Part shown: piece by piece, positions 10,282 to 19,652 of the stretch
Position numbering within the stretch: position 1 is the stretch's first letter
Layout: every line of letters begins with the position of its first letter
Source of the DNA: Candidatus Eiseniibacteriota bacterium
Lineage (GTDB): Bacteria; Eisenbacteria; RBG-16-71-46
Assembly (NCBI GenBank): GCA_963707915.1
Contig: OY970178.1
Span: 1,632,001-1,696,000, forward strand
Reading direction: 5' to 3'
Length of the DNA: 64,000 nucleotides
Notes under the pieces: generated by a model
What the model was told of the DNA's origin: nothing
Databases searched by the model: none
The model's input: the letters and a program-made list of their open reading frames with translations, nothing else
Made by a program: the position numbers and the translations under genes

Positions 10282-10443
10282 CGACTTCCTCTCCCCTGCC
10301 CTGCATGGGCCGCGTCTTGCCCCGGGTGGCCGGAGTCTTCCGGCGGACGCCACGGCGGGGCGGCTGGTGTGAGACCGGTCCCGGGCGGGACGCCCGTGGC
10401 CGGAGCGAAGTGCCGGGCACTGTACACCGTCCGGGGCCCGGCG

Positions 10444-10629
10444 TCAGCCCCCGGGGCGATCCCGCGGTCGGGCTCCGGTCAGGATCTCCAGCGCCTCGAC
10501 GATGCGCAGCGAGCCGGTCTCCATCGCGAGGAGTTGGGAGGTCAGCCAGGGCTCGACCGGCCGCTGCATCCGCTTGAGCTTGCCGAAGAGCGGGTTGCTG
10601 GCCGCGGCGAAGACGCGCGCCCCCGGCAT
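10444..10629 (-). CDS. Possible small protein or gene remnant (61 aa)
   Basis: Strong G/C third-position codon bias (ttc ggc aag ctc aag cgg atg cag..); no recognisable family. Confidence 0.3.
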   Translation of the reverse strand: MPGARVFAAASNPLFGKLKRMQRPVEPWLTSQLLAMETGSLRIVEALEILTGARPRDRPGG

Positions 10630-10635
10630 CCTCGC

Positions 10636-10685
10636 GAAGCACCGCGACCACTCCCCGGAGCCCGGTGGAGTGGTCGCGGTGCTTC
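10636..10685. terminator. Perfect 19-bp inverted repeat downstream of the MBL gene (terminator-like hairpin)
   Basis: GAAGCACCGCGACCACTCC-N12-GGAGTGGTCGCGGTGCTTC, about 20 bp after the stop at 10705; no U-tract. Confidence 0.6.
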
Positions 10686-10704
10686 CGCCCGTGCGCTGCT
10701 CAGC

Positions 10705-13287
10705 TCACTTGAGACGCGCCATCCGCTCGGTGCGGGTGCCCCACGGCGTCACCAGCCGCACGAAGTAGAGCCCGGCGCCCGGCGCCGAGCCGTCCGGGCC
10801 GCGACCGTCCCAGCGCCACGCCTGCGGGCCGGCCGCGAAGTCGCCCTCGTATTCGCCCAGCCGCCGCCCCGAGACGTCCACCACTTCCAGCCGCGCCCGC
10901 CCCGCCGCCGGCAGCGAGAAGCGCAGCAGCGTCGTGCCGCGGCTCGGGTTCGGCATCGGCCGCGCCAGCGCCAGCACCGCCGGCCCGCTGCCCCACACGT
11001 CGGCGGTGGCATCCCCGATCTCGAACGAGCCGGCGCTCACCGCGCTGCCCGCGTTGAGCGCCAGGTCATAGGCCGTCACCCGCACCCGCGCGCTGTCGCT
11101 CATCTGGATGGGCAGGATCCAGGTGTACGAGCCGGTGTTCTCGAGTCCGCGCACGATCGACACCCACGGGCCCCCGGGGCCCGAGAGCGAGTAGTCCACG
11201 TCCACCGAGTCCACCGCGGCGTTGTCGGTCGCCGTCCAGGTGATGGGGTGCGTCGAGCCCTGCACCATGATCTCCCCGCCCACCGGCGAGAGCAGCGTCA
11301 CCACCGGCGCGGCCACGTCCACGAACGTCGCCGTCACCGCCTTGTTCGCGTCCACCGTCAGCGTCACCGGGTCGGCGACCCCGCTGGTGTCCCCGCTCCA
11401 GCCCGCGAACGCCCAGCCCGCCACCGCCGCCGCGTCCAGCACGACGCTGCTGCCGTAGGCGTAGCTCGCCAGGTCCGGGCTCTTCGTCACCGTCCCGCCC
11501 CCCACCGCGCTCACCACCAGCGCGAACTGGTCGGCCGAGAACGTCGCCGCGATGGCGTGGTCCGCCGTCACGTTGCTGAACACGTAGCTGGTGTCCGCCG
11601 CCACCGCCCCGCCGTCCACCGTCAGCCCCAGCACGTGGTAGCCGGTCGCCGGCCGGATCGCGAACCCCTGGCTGGCACCCGCCACCACCGCCACCGCCCC
11701 GCTCGGCGTGATGCTGCCGTTCGCCCCGGCCGAGGCGGTGATGGTGAAGGTGTTCACCCCGAAGCTCGCTGCGATGTTGTGGTTCGCCGTCACGTTCGGG
11801 AAGTTGTAGCTGGTCACGGCCCCCACCGAGCCCCCGTCCACCAGCACGTCCTCGACGTGGTAGCCGCCCGCCGCCGCGATGCTGAAGCCCTGGCTGGCGC
11901 CCTGCACCACCGCCACCGCCCCGCTCGGCGTGATGCTGCCGTTCGCCCCGGCCGAAGCGGTGATGGTCCAGCGGTCGATGGTGAAGTTCGTGGCACTCGA
12001 GTCGCGCCCGGCGTTGCCCGCCGCGTCACGGGCGATGACCCGCACCCGCACCGTGCCGCTCGGCACGTTCGGCACGCTCCACGACCACGAGCCGCTGTTG
12101 GCGATGCCGCTGGCCAGCGCGTTGGGGAAGCTCGCCCCGCCGTCGGTCGAGTAGGCCAGGTCCACGCTGGTCACGCCCACCGCGTCGGTCGCGCTCCAGG
12201 TGATCGCCTGGGTCGAGCCCGCCTTCCAGGTCTCGCCGCCGTTCGGCGCGGTCACCGCCACCACCGGCGCCGTCACGTCGCCGGGGGCGGTGCCCGAGTT
12301 GGTGAAGGTGTCCGCGAAGGGGGTCCCCGTGCCGTTGCTGCGCACGGTGTCCACGCCGCCCCCCTGCCAGGTCGCAGAGATGATGACCTGGCCGTTCGAA
12401 TACTTGTCCCACCCCGCCAGCGGCGTGGCGCCGGTGCCGAGCTCGGTCCAGTAGGTCTTGACGTTCGCGGTGTGCAGACGGCCGACCGCCGCCGCGGTCG
12501 GGTGACCGTAGGAGTTGCCGTTGCCCATGGAGATCACGCCGATCTTGGGCTGGATCGCGGCGAGCCAGGTGGGGTTGCTCGAGGTCGCGGAGCCGTGGTG
12601 GTGCACCTTGTAGGCTTCGACCGGACCGACCTGCGCGCCGACGGTGGTCTCGATATCCTTGTAGCTGCCGCTGTTGTAGCCACTGAGATCGCCGCCGAAC
12701 ACCATGTCGAACTCGCCGTAGCTGACCTTGAGAATCAGGCTCAGGCAGTTCGGCTCGGTCGTCGAGATCCCCGCGCCGTTCAGGTTCACGCACTTGATCG
12801 TGACCGGATGCGCCGAGAGGGAGTCGAGCGTGATGATCTGGTTCCGGACCAGCGTGCGGCGCCGGGCGCCCAGCGTGCTCACGTAGTTCGTGTACGCCGC
12901 GGTCGTGTACGAGCCGCCGCCGTCCCAGCCGTAATCGAGGGATACACCGCCGGCGCCGAAGATCGCGGGGAAGTTGCCGAGGTGGTCGGAGTGATAGTGG
13001 CTGACGAAGTGGTGGTCCACGTGCGTCACGCCCAGCGCCTGGAGCTGCTGCAGGACGGTTTGGCCGATCGCCGTCGTCCCCGACTGCCCTTCGTCGATCA
13101 TCACCACCTGCCCCAGCGGGGAGATGATGACGGCGCCGTCGCCCTGGCCCACGTCGAGGTGGATGATCTGCAGGCGGCCGTTCGGAGTCACCGCGCCCGC
13201 GGGGGTGAACCCCGCGCCGCTGAAGACGAGCGAGAGAGCGAGGGCTACGGCAACGCGCAGATGGTCGCGGAGTCGAGTCGGGGGCAT
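10705..13287 (-). CDS. Secreted ComEC/Rec2-type metallo-beta-lactamase-fold hydrolase with Ig-like and InlB-B-like repeats and FlgD/T9SS-A-like C-terminal domain
   Basis: Signal peptide; LDVGQGDG, IDEG, SHYHSDH, FGGDL, KVHHHGS, NSYGHP motifs; APNGGETW Ig domains; duplicated TITASAGANGSITPSG modules (about 222 bp period); C-terminal PNPSRG..DVSGRR..WDGR..GLYF. Confidence 0.85.
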   Translation of the reverse strand: MPPTRLRDHLRVAVALALSLVFSGAGFTPAGAVTPNGRLQIIHLDVGQGDGAVIISPLGQVVMIDEGQSGTTAIGQTVLQQLQALGVTHVDHHFVSHYHSDHLGNFPAIFGAGGVSLDYGWDGGGSYTTAAYTNYVSTLGARRRTLVRNQIITLDSLSAHPVTIKCVNLNGAGISTTEPNCLSLILKVSYGEFDMVFGGDLSGYNSGSYKDIETTVGAQVGPVEAYKVHHHGSATSSNPTWLAAIQPKIGVISMGNGNSYGHPTAAAVGRLHTANVKTYWTELGTGATPLAGWDKYSNGQVIISATWQGGGVDTVRSNGTGTPFADTFTNSGTAPGDVTAPVVAVTAPNGGETWKAGSTQAITWSATDAVGVTSVDLAYSTDGGASFPNALASGIANSGSWSWSVPNVPSGTVRVRVIARDAAGNAGRDSSATNFTIDRWTITASAGANGSITPSGAVAVVQGASQGFSIAAAGGYHVEDVLVDGGSVGAVTSYNFPNVTANHNIAASFGVNTFTITASAGANGSITPSGAVAVVAGASQGFAIRPATGYHVLGLTVDGGAVAADTSYVFSNVTADHAIAATFSADQFALVVSAVGGGTVTKSPDLASYAYGSSVVLDAAAVAGWAFAGWSGDTSGVADPVTLTVDANKAVTATFVDVAAPVVTLLSPVGGEIMVQGSTHPITWTATDNAAVDSVDVDYSLSGPGGPWVSIVRGLENTGSYTWILPIQMSDSARVRVTAYDLALNAGSAVSAGSFEIGDATADVWGSGPAVLALARPMPNPSRGTTLLRFSLPAAGRARLEVVDVSGRRLGEYEGDFAAGPQAWRWDGRGPDGSAPGAGLYFVRLVTPWGTRTERMARLK

Positions 13288-13628
13288 CGGTTCTCCATGT
13301 GTCCGGAGTCACCGAGGGGGCGCACCGGGGTGGTATCGGAGTCTACCCGGGGCCGCCAAACGACGCCTCGGGGGCGAGGTCCTTCGCTGTGCTCAATGAT
13401 ATCGGCTGGTCACGCCCGCCGTCCAGCGGTTCCGGCACTGCCGGCCCGTTCCTCTCCCATACCCGTGCGATTCAGCGGACTCAGGTGCGGACCGCCACGC
13501 TGACTGCAATGCCCGTGCAAAGCGCATGGCCGCGGCGCGCTCCCGCCCCGGGAATACGCCCCCGTCCCCGGCGTACCCGGTGCAGCAAGCGCAGCAGCGC
13601 AGCGGGACCCAACCGGAGGAGGAGAGCC

Positions 13629-14585
13629 ATGCAGACCCATCGAGACCTGATCCGCAGCCTCGCGGCGTGCGCCGCACTCGCCCTCGTGCTGAGCGCCGCG
13701 CCCGCCCGCGCCTCGAGCGCTGTTGACGACGGCGGCACCGGCCGCTGGGACCGCACGGCGAGCGGCAGTCTGGTGGACGTCCAGGTGCTGGTCGGCGACC
13801 GGGCCACGCCGCTCTACCTCGCCCCGGGGCGCTGGGACCGCCGCTACTTCCAGGCGCAGCGCGGACGCAACTACGCCCTGCTCGTCCGCAATCGCACCGA
13901 TCGGCGCGTCGGCGTGCTCATCGCGGTGGACGGCCTGAACGTGGTGAACGGCGAGCGCTCGAGCCTGCGCCGCAACGAGGCGATGTACGTGCTCGACCCG
14001 TGGGAGACCGCAACCATCCGCGGCTGGCGCACCTCGCTCGAACAGGTCCGGCAGTTCGTCTTCGTGGACGAGGAGCGTTCCTACGCCGAGCGCACCGGCC
14101 AGGCCAACGGCGACATGGGCTGGATCCGCGTGCTGGCCTTCGAGGAGCGCCGTCCGCTGGCGTGGCTCGGCCGCCCCGAGGCCGGGCGACTGCTCGGCGA
14201 CGCGGGCGGCGGCCGCGCCGACAGCGACCTGCGCGGGCGCGAGTCGCGCGACGCGGAGCCCCCGGCGAACCAGGCGCCGACGCCCGTCACCGAGCGCACG
14301 CGGAACGGCGAGATGAGCGCACCGCTCGCGGCCGAGAAGTCGCTCGCCGGGCAGCGGGCCGCGGCGCCGCAGGCCGACGCCTACCCCGGCACGGGCTGGG
14401 GCGAGCGGCGGCGGGACCCGGTGCGCGAGACCTCGTTCGTGGCCGCCGCGACGGCGGGCGACCACCTGGTCCTCCGCTACGAGTACGCCCCGAGCCTGCG
14501 CGCGCTGGGCATCCGGCTGGACGGCGACCGGTTGCGGGACCGCGAGCGCGGTGAGCTGGGGTTCGCCCGGCCCCCGAAGTGGTGA
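13629..14585 (+). CDS. Secreted hypothetical protein
   Basis: GGAGGA upstream, signal peptide ending APARA, globular core NYALLVRN..VDGLNVVNGE..YVLDP..IRGWRTS. Confidence 0.75.
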   Translation: MQTHRDLIRSLAACAALALVLSAAPARASSAVDDGGTGRWDRTASGSLVDVQVLVGDRATPLYLAPGRWDRRYFQAQRGRNYALLVRNRTDRRVGVLIAVDGLNVVNGERSSLRRNEAMYVLDPWETATIRGWRTSLEQVRQFVFVDEERSYAERTGQANGDMGWIRVLAFEERRPLAWLGRPEAGRLLGDAGGGRADSDLRGRESRDAEPPANQAPTPVTERTRNGEMSAPLAAEKSLAGQRAAAPQADAYPGTGWGERRRDPVRETSFVAAATAGDHLVLRYEYAPSLRALGIRLDGDRLRDRERGELGFARPPKW

Positions 14586-14696
14586 GGCGTCCGCGCCCGA
14601 CGGCGCCGTGCAGGAGCGGCCCGCCTCGTGGGAGGCGGGCCGCTCGCGCGTGCGCCCGGCACGGAAGGCCGCGCGCGGACGCGACCTCGCGACCGG

Positions 14697-15707
14697 CTAC
14701 CTCATGCCGAACGCGTGGGCGACGTACCAGCTGGCGGCCGCGATGACCGCGGCGATGGGCATGGTGAGGACCCAGGCCCAGACGATCCGGCCGGCCACCC
14801 CCCATTTCACGGCGGAGAGCCGCTGGGTCGAGCTCACCCCGACCCCGACGATCGCTCCCGTGATGGTGTGGGTGGTCGAGACCGGGATGCCGGCGGCGCT
14901 GGCCGCGAAGAGCGAGAGGGCGCCCGCGGTCTCGGCGCAGAACCCCCCCACCGGCTGCAGCCGCGTGATGCTCATGCCCATCGTCTTCACGATGCGCCAT
15001 CCGCCCGAGAGCGTCCCCAGCGCGATGGCGCCGTAGCTCGCGACGATGACCCAGAACGGCATGTGGAACGCCCCGGTGAGGTGCCCGGTCGAGTAGAGCA
15101 GCGCCGTGATGATGCCCGCGGTCTTCTGCGCGTCGTTCGAGCCGTGCCCCAGGCTGAAGGCCGCCGCGGAGACGAGCTGCAGGCGCCGGAACAGCCCGTC
15201 CACGCGGTGGGGCGTGGAGCGGTGGAAGAGCCACAGGACCACGAACATGCTGAGGAAGCCGAGCACCAGGCCGAGGACCGGCGAGATCACGATGAAGAGG
15301 GCGATCTTCACCACCCCGCCCACGATGATCGCGCCGGGGCCGTGGGCCACGAGCGCGGCGCCGACGAAGCCGCCGATCAGGGCGTGCGAGGAGGAGGTCG
15401 GCAGCCCCAGCCACCAGGTCACCAGGTTCCACACCACCGCGGCGACCAGCGCGGCCAGCACCAGCGACGGCGTCACCACCGAGGGGTCGACGGTGCCCTT
15501 GGCGATGGTCTTCGCCACGTGGTGCACCGGGAACACGACGAACGCGGCGAAGTTGAAGAACGCCGCCCACACCACCGCCCAGTGCGGCGGCAGCACCCGC
15601 GTGCTGACCACCGTGGCGATGGAGTTGGCGGCGTCGTGGAAGCCGTTGCTGAAGTCGAAGGCCAGCGCGATCAGGATGATCAGGATGACGCCGAGTGGCA
15701 GGTGCAT
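14697..15707 (-). CDS. pit: PiT-family inorganic phosphate transporter (copy 2)
   Basis: NGFHDAANSIAT and HGSNDAQK signatures, LPTSSSH, PVSTTH. Confidence 0.95.
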   Translation of the reverse strand: MHLPLGVILIILIALAFDFSNGFHDAANSIATVVSTRVLPPHWAVVWAAFFNFAAFVVFPVHHVAKTIAKGTVDPSVVTPSLVLAALVAAVVWNLVTWWLGLPTSSSHALIGGFVGAALVAHGPGAIIVGGVVKIALFIVISPVLGLVLGFLSMFVVLWLFHRSTPHRVDGLFRRLQLVSAAAFSLGHGSNDAQKTAGIITALLYSTGHLTGAFHMPFWVIVASYGAIALGTLSGGWRIVKTMGMSITRLQPVGGFCAETAGALSLFAASAAGIPVSTTHTITGAIVGVGVSSTQRLSAVKWGVAGRIVWAWVLTMPIAAVIAAASWYVAHAFGMR

Positions 15708-15747
15708 CTTCAGCGGCCCCCCGCGCCGAGGGGTTCGATCCCGTCGG

Positions 15748-16755
15748 CTACTTCATGCCCAGCGCGTGCGCGACGAACCAGGACGCGGCCGCGATGATCG
15801 CCGCCGCCGGCATGGTCAGCACCCACGCCCAGACGATGCGACCGGCCACGCCCCACTTCACGGCCGAGAGCCGTCCGGTGGAGCTGACCCCCACGCCGAC
15901 GATCGCGCCGGTGATGGTGTGGGTGGTGGAGACCGGAATGCCCGCCGCGGTCGCGCCGAACAGCGTGAGCGCGCCGGCGGTCTCGGCGCAGAAGCCGCCC
16001 ACCGGCTTCAGCTTGGTGATGTTCATGCCCATGGTCTTGACGATGCGCCAGCCGCCGAACATCGTGCCCAGGGCGATCGCCCCGTGGCTGATGAGCACCA
16101 CCCACAGCGGCACGTGGAACTCGCCGTGGAGGTTCCCGGTCGAGTAGAGCAGGGCGGTGATGATGCCCATGGTCTTCTGGGCGTCGTTGCCGCCGTGGCC
16201 CAGGCTGTAGGCCGCCGCGGAGACGAGCTGCAGGCGCCGGAACAGGCCGTCCACCCGGCTCGGCGTGGTCCGGTGGAACGCCCACATGACGGCGATCATC
16301 GTCACGCACCCCGCCGCCAGCCCGATCAACGGGGCCAGCACGATGAACTGGACGATCTTCGCCAGGCCGCCGAGCATCACGGCCTGCGGCCCGACCGCGA
16401 CCACCGCCGCCCCGGCCAGCCCGCCGATGAGCGCGTGGGACGAGGACGTCGGCAGGCCCACCCACCAGGTGATCAGGTTCCAGATGAGCGCCCCCAGCAC
16501 CGCGGCGAGGATGATCGGCGGGGTCACGACCGCGGGGTCCACCACGCCCTTGCCGATGGTCTTCGCGACGTGGACGCCGAACACCAGGAACGCGGCGAAG
16601 TTGAAGAACGCCGCCCACGCCACCGCCGCGCGCGGCGACAGCACCCGCGTGCTCACCACCGTGGCGATGGAATTGGCGGCGTCGTGGAAGCCGTTGCTGA
16701 AATCGAAGGCCAGCGCGATCAGGATGATCGCGAGAACGTTCAGCGGCAGGTCCAT
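15748..16755 (-). CDS. pit: PiT-family inorganic phosphate transporter (copy 1)
   Basis: NGFHDAANSIAT and HGGNDAQK signatures; start MDLPL 2 bp after the DUF47 stop. Confidence 0.95.
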   Translation of the reverse strand: MDLPLNVLAIILIALAFDFSNGFHDAANSIATVVSTRVLSPRAAVAWAAFFNFAAFLVFGVHVAKTIGKGVVDPAVVTPPIILAAVLGALIWNLITWWVGLPTSSSHALIGGLAGAAVVAVGPQAVMLGGLAKIVQFIVLAPLIGLAAGCVTMIAVMWAFHRTTPSRVDGLFRRLQLVSAAAYSLGHGGNDAQKTMGIITALLYSTGNLHGEFHVPLWVVLISHGAIALGTMFGGWRIVKTMGMNITKLKPVGGFCAETAGALTLFGATAAGIPVSTTHTITGAIVGVGVSSTGRLSAVKWGVAGRIVWAWVLTMPAAAIIAAASWFVAHALGMK

Positions 16756-16757
16756 GC

Positions 16758-17372
16758 TCAGCGGCTCTTGAGGACGATCGACTCGATCACGTTGGCCACG
16801 TCCTCGCACTGGTCCGTGGCGTTCTCGAGCCGGCCGTAGATCTCCTTCCAGCGGATCACGTCGAGGAAGTCGTGCGACCCGTCGAACAGGTCCGCGACCG
16901 CCTGGCGCGAGAGGGCGTCGGCCTCGTTCTCCAGCCGGTTGATCTCGATGGTGAACGGCATCAGGCCCTTGAAGTCCTTCAGGTGTCCGACCGCCTGCTC
17001 GATCTGCACCCCGCACTCGGTCACGATGCGTGCGAGCTGTTTCGCCTGGGGCGTGGCCGCCGGGATCTTGAACAGGACGATGCGGCTGGAGATCCCCTCG
17101 ATCGCGTCGAGCACGTCGTCGAGCCCGCTGGCGAGGCCGTGGACGTCCTCGCGGTCGAGCGGCGTGATGAAGGTCCGGTTCAGGCGCTCGAACAGCTCGT
17201 GCGCCACCAGGTCACCCTGGTGCTCGACGTCCTTGAGGGCCCTGGCGCGGTCCTCGAGGTGGTCGAACTCCTGCACCATCTGGTTGAGCAGGTCGCCGCC
17301 CTGGCGCACCAGCACCGCCTGGCGCCGGAACAACTCGAAGAAGTTCTCGTCCTTGGGGAAGAGGGAAAACAT
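16758..17372 (-). CDS. DUF47 / PhoU-like phosphate transport regulator
   Basis: EHQGD, TFITPLDREDV, LENEAD, WKEIY..LE..TDQCEDVA; lies directly upstream of pit. Confidence 0.93.
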   Translation of the reverse strand: MFSLFPKDENFFELFRRQAVLVRQGGDLLNQMVQEFDHLEDRARALKDVEHQGDLVAHELFERLNRTFITPLDREDVHGLASGLDDVLDAIEGISSRIVLFKIPAATPQAKQLARIVTECGVQIEQAVGHLKDFKGLMPFTIEINRLENEADALSRQAVADLFDGSHDFLDVIRWKEIYGRLENATDQCEDVANVIESIVLKSR

Positions 17373-17533
17373 CGATGTCCTCGCGTGCGGGGAGTGGGTC
17401 CGTACCTACGGTGCCGCCGACACACCGCGGAACGGATATCACGGCCGGAGGGTTCCGGCAACCGGCCGGCGGTGCTACCCTGCGCGTCGTTCCGCGACGT
17501 GCGACCTGAGGATGGACCCTGGGGGAAACCGCC

Positions 17534-17968
17534 ATGAAATCGGGCTTGAACGATCTCGCGCTGCTGCTGCTCCGGCTGGGGCTGGGGGCCGTCATGTGGG
17601 CCCACGGGGCGCAGAAGCTCCTGGGCCTGTTCGGCGGCCACGGGCCGCAGGGGTTCGTCCGACTGGTCGGGACCCTCGGACTGCCGGCGTCGCTGGCCTG
17701 GCTGGTCATCGCCGTCGAGTTCTTCGGCGGCATCGCCATCGTCTTCGGGGTGCTCAGCCGCCTCGCCGCGCTCGGCTTCGCCGTCGAGATGGTGGTCGCC
17801 ATCGTCAAGGTGCACTGGGCGAACGGGTTCTTCATGGACGGCGGCGCCGCGGGCCACGGCGGAGGGTACGAGTACCCGTTGCTGCTGGCGGTCGTCGCCT
17901 TCGTCCTGCTGCTCACCGGCCCCGGCCGCTACGCCCTCTTCGGCAAGACGCAGAAGCTGCTGGCTTGA
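17534..17968 (+). CDS. DoxX family membrane protein
   Basis: LLLRLGLG..HGAQKL, EFFGG, GGYEY, GPGRYAL. Confidence 0.92.
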   Translation: MKSGLNDLALLLLRLGLGAVMWAHGAQKLLGLFGGHGPQGFVRLVGTLGLPASLAWLVIAVEFFGGIAIVFGVLSRLAALGFAVEMVVAIVKVHWANGFFMDGGAAGHGGGYEYPLLLAVVAFVLLLTGPGRYALFGKTQKLLA

Positions 17969-18002
17969 GGAGCGTCGGACCCGCGAGGGGCGCGGGCGGG
18001 AG

Positions 18003-19565
18003 CTAGGCCCGCCCCGCGCCCCCGGGCCCCGGCGCGGCGTCCGCGCGACGCCACTCGCCGCTGGGGTCGTCGAGGGTATAGCGGTCGTAGAACTCGCGCC
18101 CGCGCTTCGCGACGAAGTCCACGCCCTCGAGCAGCGCCTGGAACTCCTCCTCCCCCGTCACCGGGGAGAAGCAGATGCGCACCCAGCCGGGCTTCACGCC
18201 GATGTGCCCCTCCTCGAGCTGGTGCTTGATCGCGAGCGAGACCCGCGGATCGATGTGCAGCAGCTCGTGGCCGTACGGCCCGGCGCACATGCACCCGCCC
18301 CGGACCTGGATGCCGAAGAAGTCGTTGAGCAGGGCCGAGGCCAGGTTGTGGTGCAGTCCCTTGAAGATGAGCGAGACCACGCCGAGGCGCTCGGGCTCGA
18401 GGTTGCCCAGCACCTCGAGCCCGGGGTTCCTGGTCCACTCGGCCAGCGCGCGCCGCAGGTAGTCCTGCTCGATCCGCCGCATGCGCTCCGCGCCGATCGC
18501 GTGCTTGAGGTCGAAGGCGAGCCCGGCCTGGATGCTGCCCACGATGGGCGGGGTGCCGCCGGTCTCGCGGCGGAAGAAGTCGTGCAGGTAGATGTGCTCG
18601 GTCGGGGAGGTGTAGAGCACCGTGCCGCCGCCGGGCTCCGAGGGCACGCGGTTGGTGAAGAGCCGGCGGTTCGCGACCAGCAGGCCCGGCGTCCGGGGCC
18701 CGCCCAGGAACTTGTGGACCGAGAAGAACGCTGCGTCCTTCGCCGCCGCCTCGTCGGGCCGGCCGGTCGCGTCCACCGGGTGCAGGTCGATGTCCACGTA
18801 CGGCCCCGAGGCGGCGTAGTCGAAGAAGGCCAGCGCCCCGTGCGCGTGCAGCACCCGCGCGATCGCGGCCGTGTCGTTGAGGATGCCCGTGACGTTCGAG
18901 GCGGCCGAGAAGGTCCCGATCCTGAGCGCGCGGCCGGCGTGGGCCGCGAGCACCCGGTCGAGGTGCTCGAGGCTGACGCGCCCCTGCGCGTCGAAATCCA
19001 CGTAGACGTTCTCGGCGATGGTCTCGCGCCAGGTGATGTCGTTGCTGTGGTGCTCCATGTGGCTCCGGAACACCACCGGGCGCTCGTCCTCGGGGACGTG
19101 ACCGGAGAGCCGGTAACGGTCCTCGAGCTGGCAGGGGATGCGCAGCCCCAGGATGGCGATGAGCCGGTTGACCGCGCCGGTCGAGCCCGCACCCACCGGG
19201 ATGAGCACGTCGTCCGGCCCCGCGTGGAGGTAGCGCGCGATGCGGCGGAACGCGCCCTCGTAGTAGCGCGTCATGAGCCGTCCGGTGTGCGAGGACTCGG
19301 TGTGGGTGTTGGCCATGAAGGGCAGCACGCGCGCGGCCAGCTCGTCCTCGACGGCGCGGTGGAAGCGGCCCGAGGCGATGTAGTCGAAGTAGCGGAGCGG
19401 CTTCTCCCCCTCCGGTGTGGGGAACGTCGCGTCCACGCCGACCACGCCGCGGCGCAGATGCTCGAGGAAGGCGCGTTCCTCGGCCGCGTCGCGCGTCTCG
19501 ATCGCGCGCCGCGGCGTGTCGTCCTCGAGATCCACCAGCGGCGGGAAGGTGTGCTCGGCGGCCAT
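18003..19565 (-). CDS. Aminotransferase class V / cysteine desulfurase-like PLP enzyme
   Basis: YFDYIASG, EHHSN, SNVTG, DYAA, SVHKFLGG (PLP Lys), GGTP, RGGCMCA. Confidence 0.9.
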   Translation of the reverse strand: MAAEHTFPPLVDLEDDTPRRAIETRDAAEERAFLEHLRRGVVGVDATFPTPEGEKPLRYFDYIASGRFHRAVEDELAARVLPFMANTHTESSHTGRLMTRYYEGAFRRIARYLHAGPDDVLIPVGAGSTGAVNRLIAILGLRIPCQLEDRYRLSGHVPEDERPVVFRSHMEHHSNDITWRETIAENVYVDFDAQGRVSLEHLDRVLAAHAGRALRIGTFSAASNVTGILNDTAAIARVLHAHGALAFFDYAASGPYVDIDLHPVDATGRPDEAAAKDAAFFSVHKFLGGPRTPGLLVANRRLFTNRVPSEPGGGTVLYTSPTEHIYLHDFFRRETGGTPPIVGSIQAGLAFDLKHAIGAERMRRIEQDYLRRALAEWTRNPGLEVLGNLEPERLGVVSLIFKGLHHNLASALLNDFFGIQVRGGCMCAGPYGHELLHIDPRVSLAIKHQLEEGHIGVKPGWVRICFSPVTGEEEFQALLEGVDFVAKRGREFYDRYTLDDPSGEWRRADAAPGPGGAGRA

Positions 19566-19652
19566 GGTCACCTCACGGGTCGGCGTCGGGTCCGCGGTCA
19601 TGCTAGCCTGCCGTCGCCGGAGCGGCAACGCGACGCGAAGGAGGACCCGACG

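Noticed and set aside
13551..13577. GGAATA..CGTA possible ECF promoter
   Set aside because: Single weak match with no supporting second site
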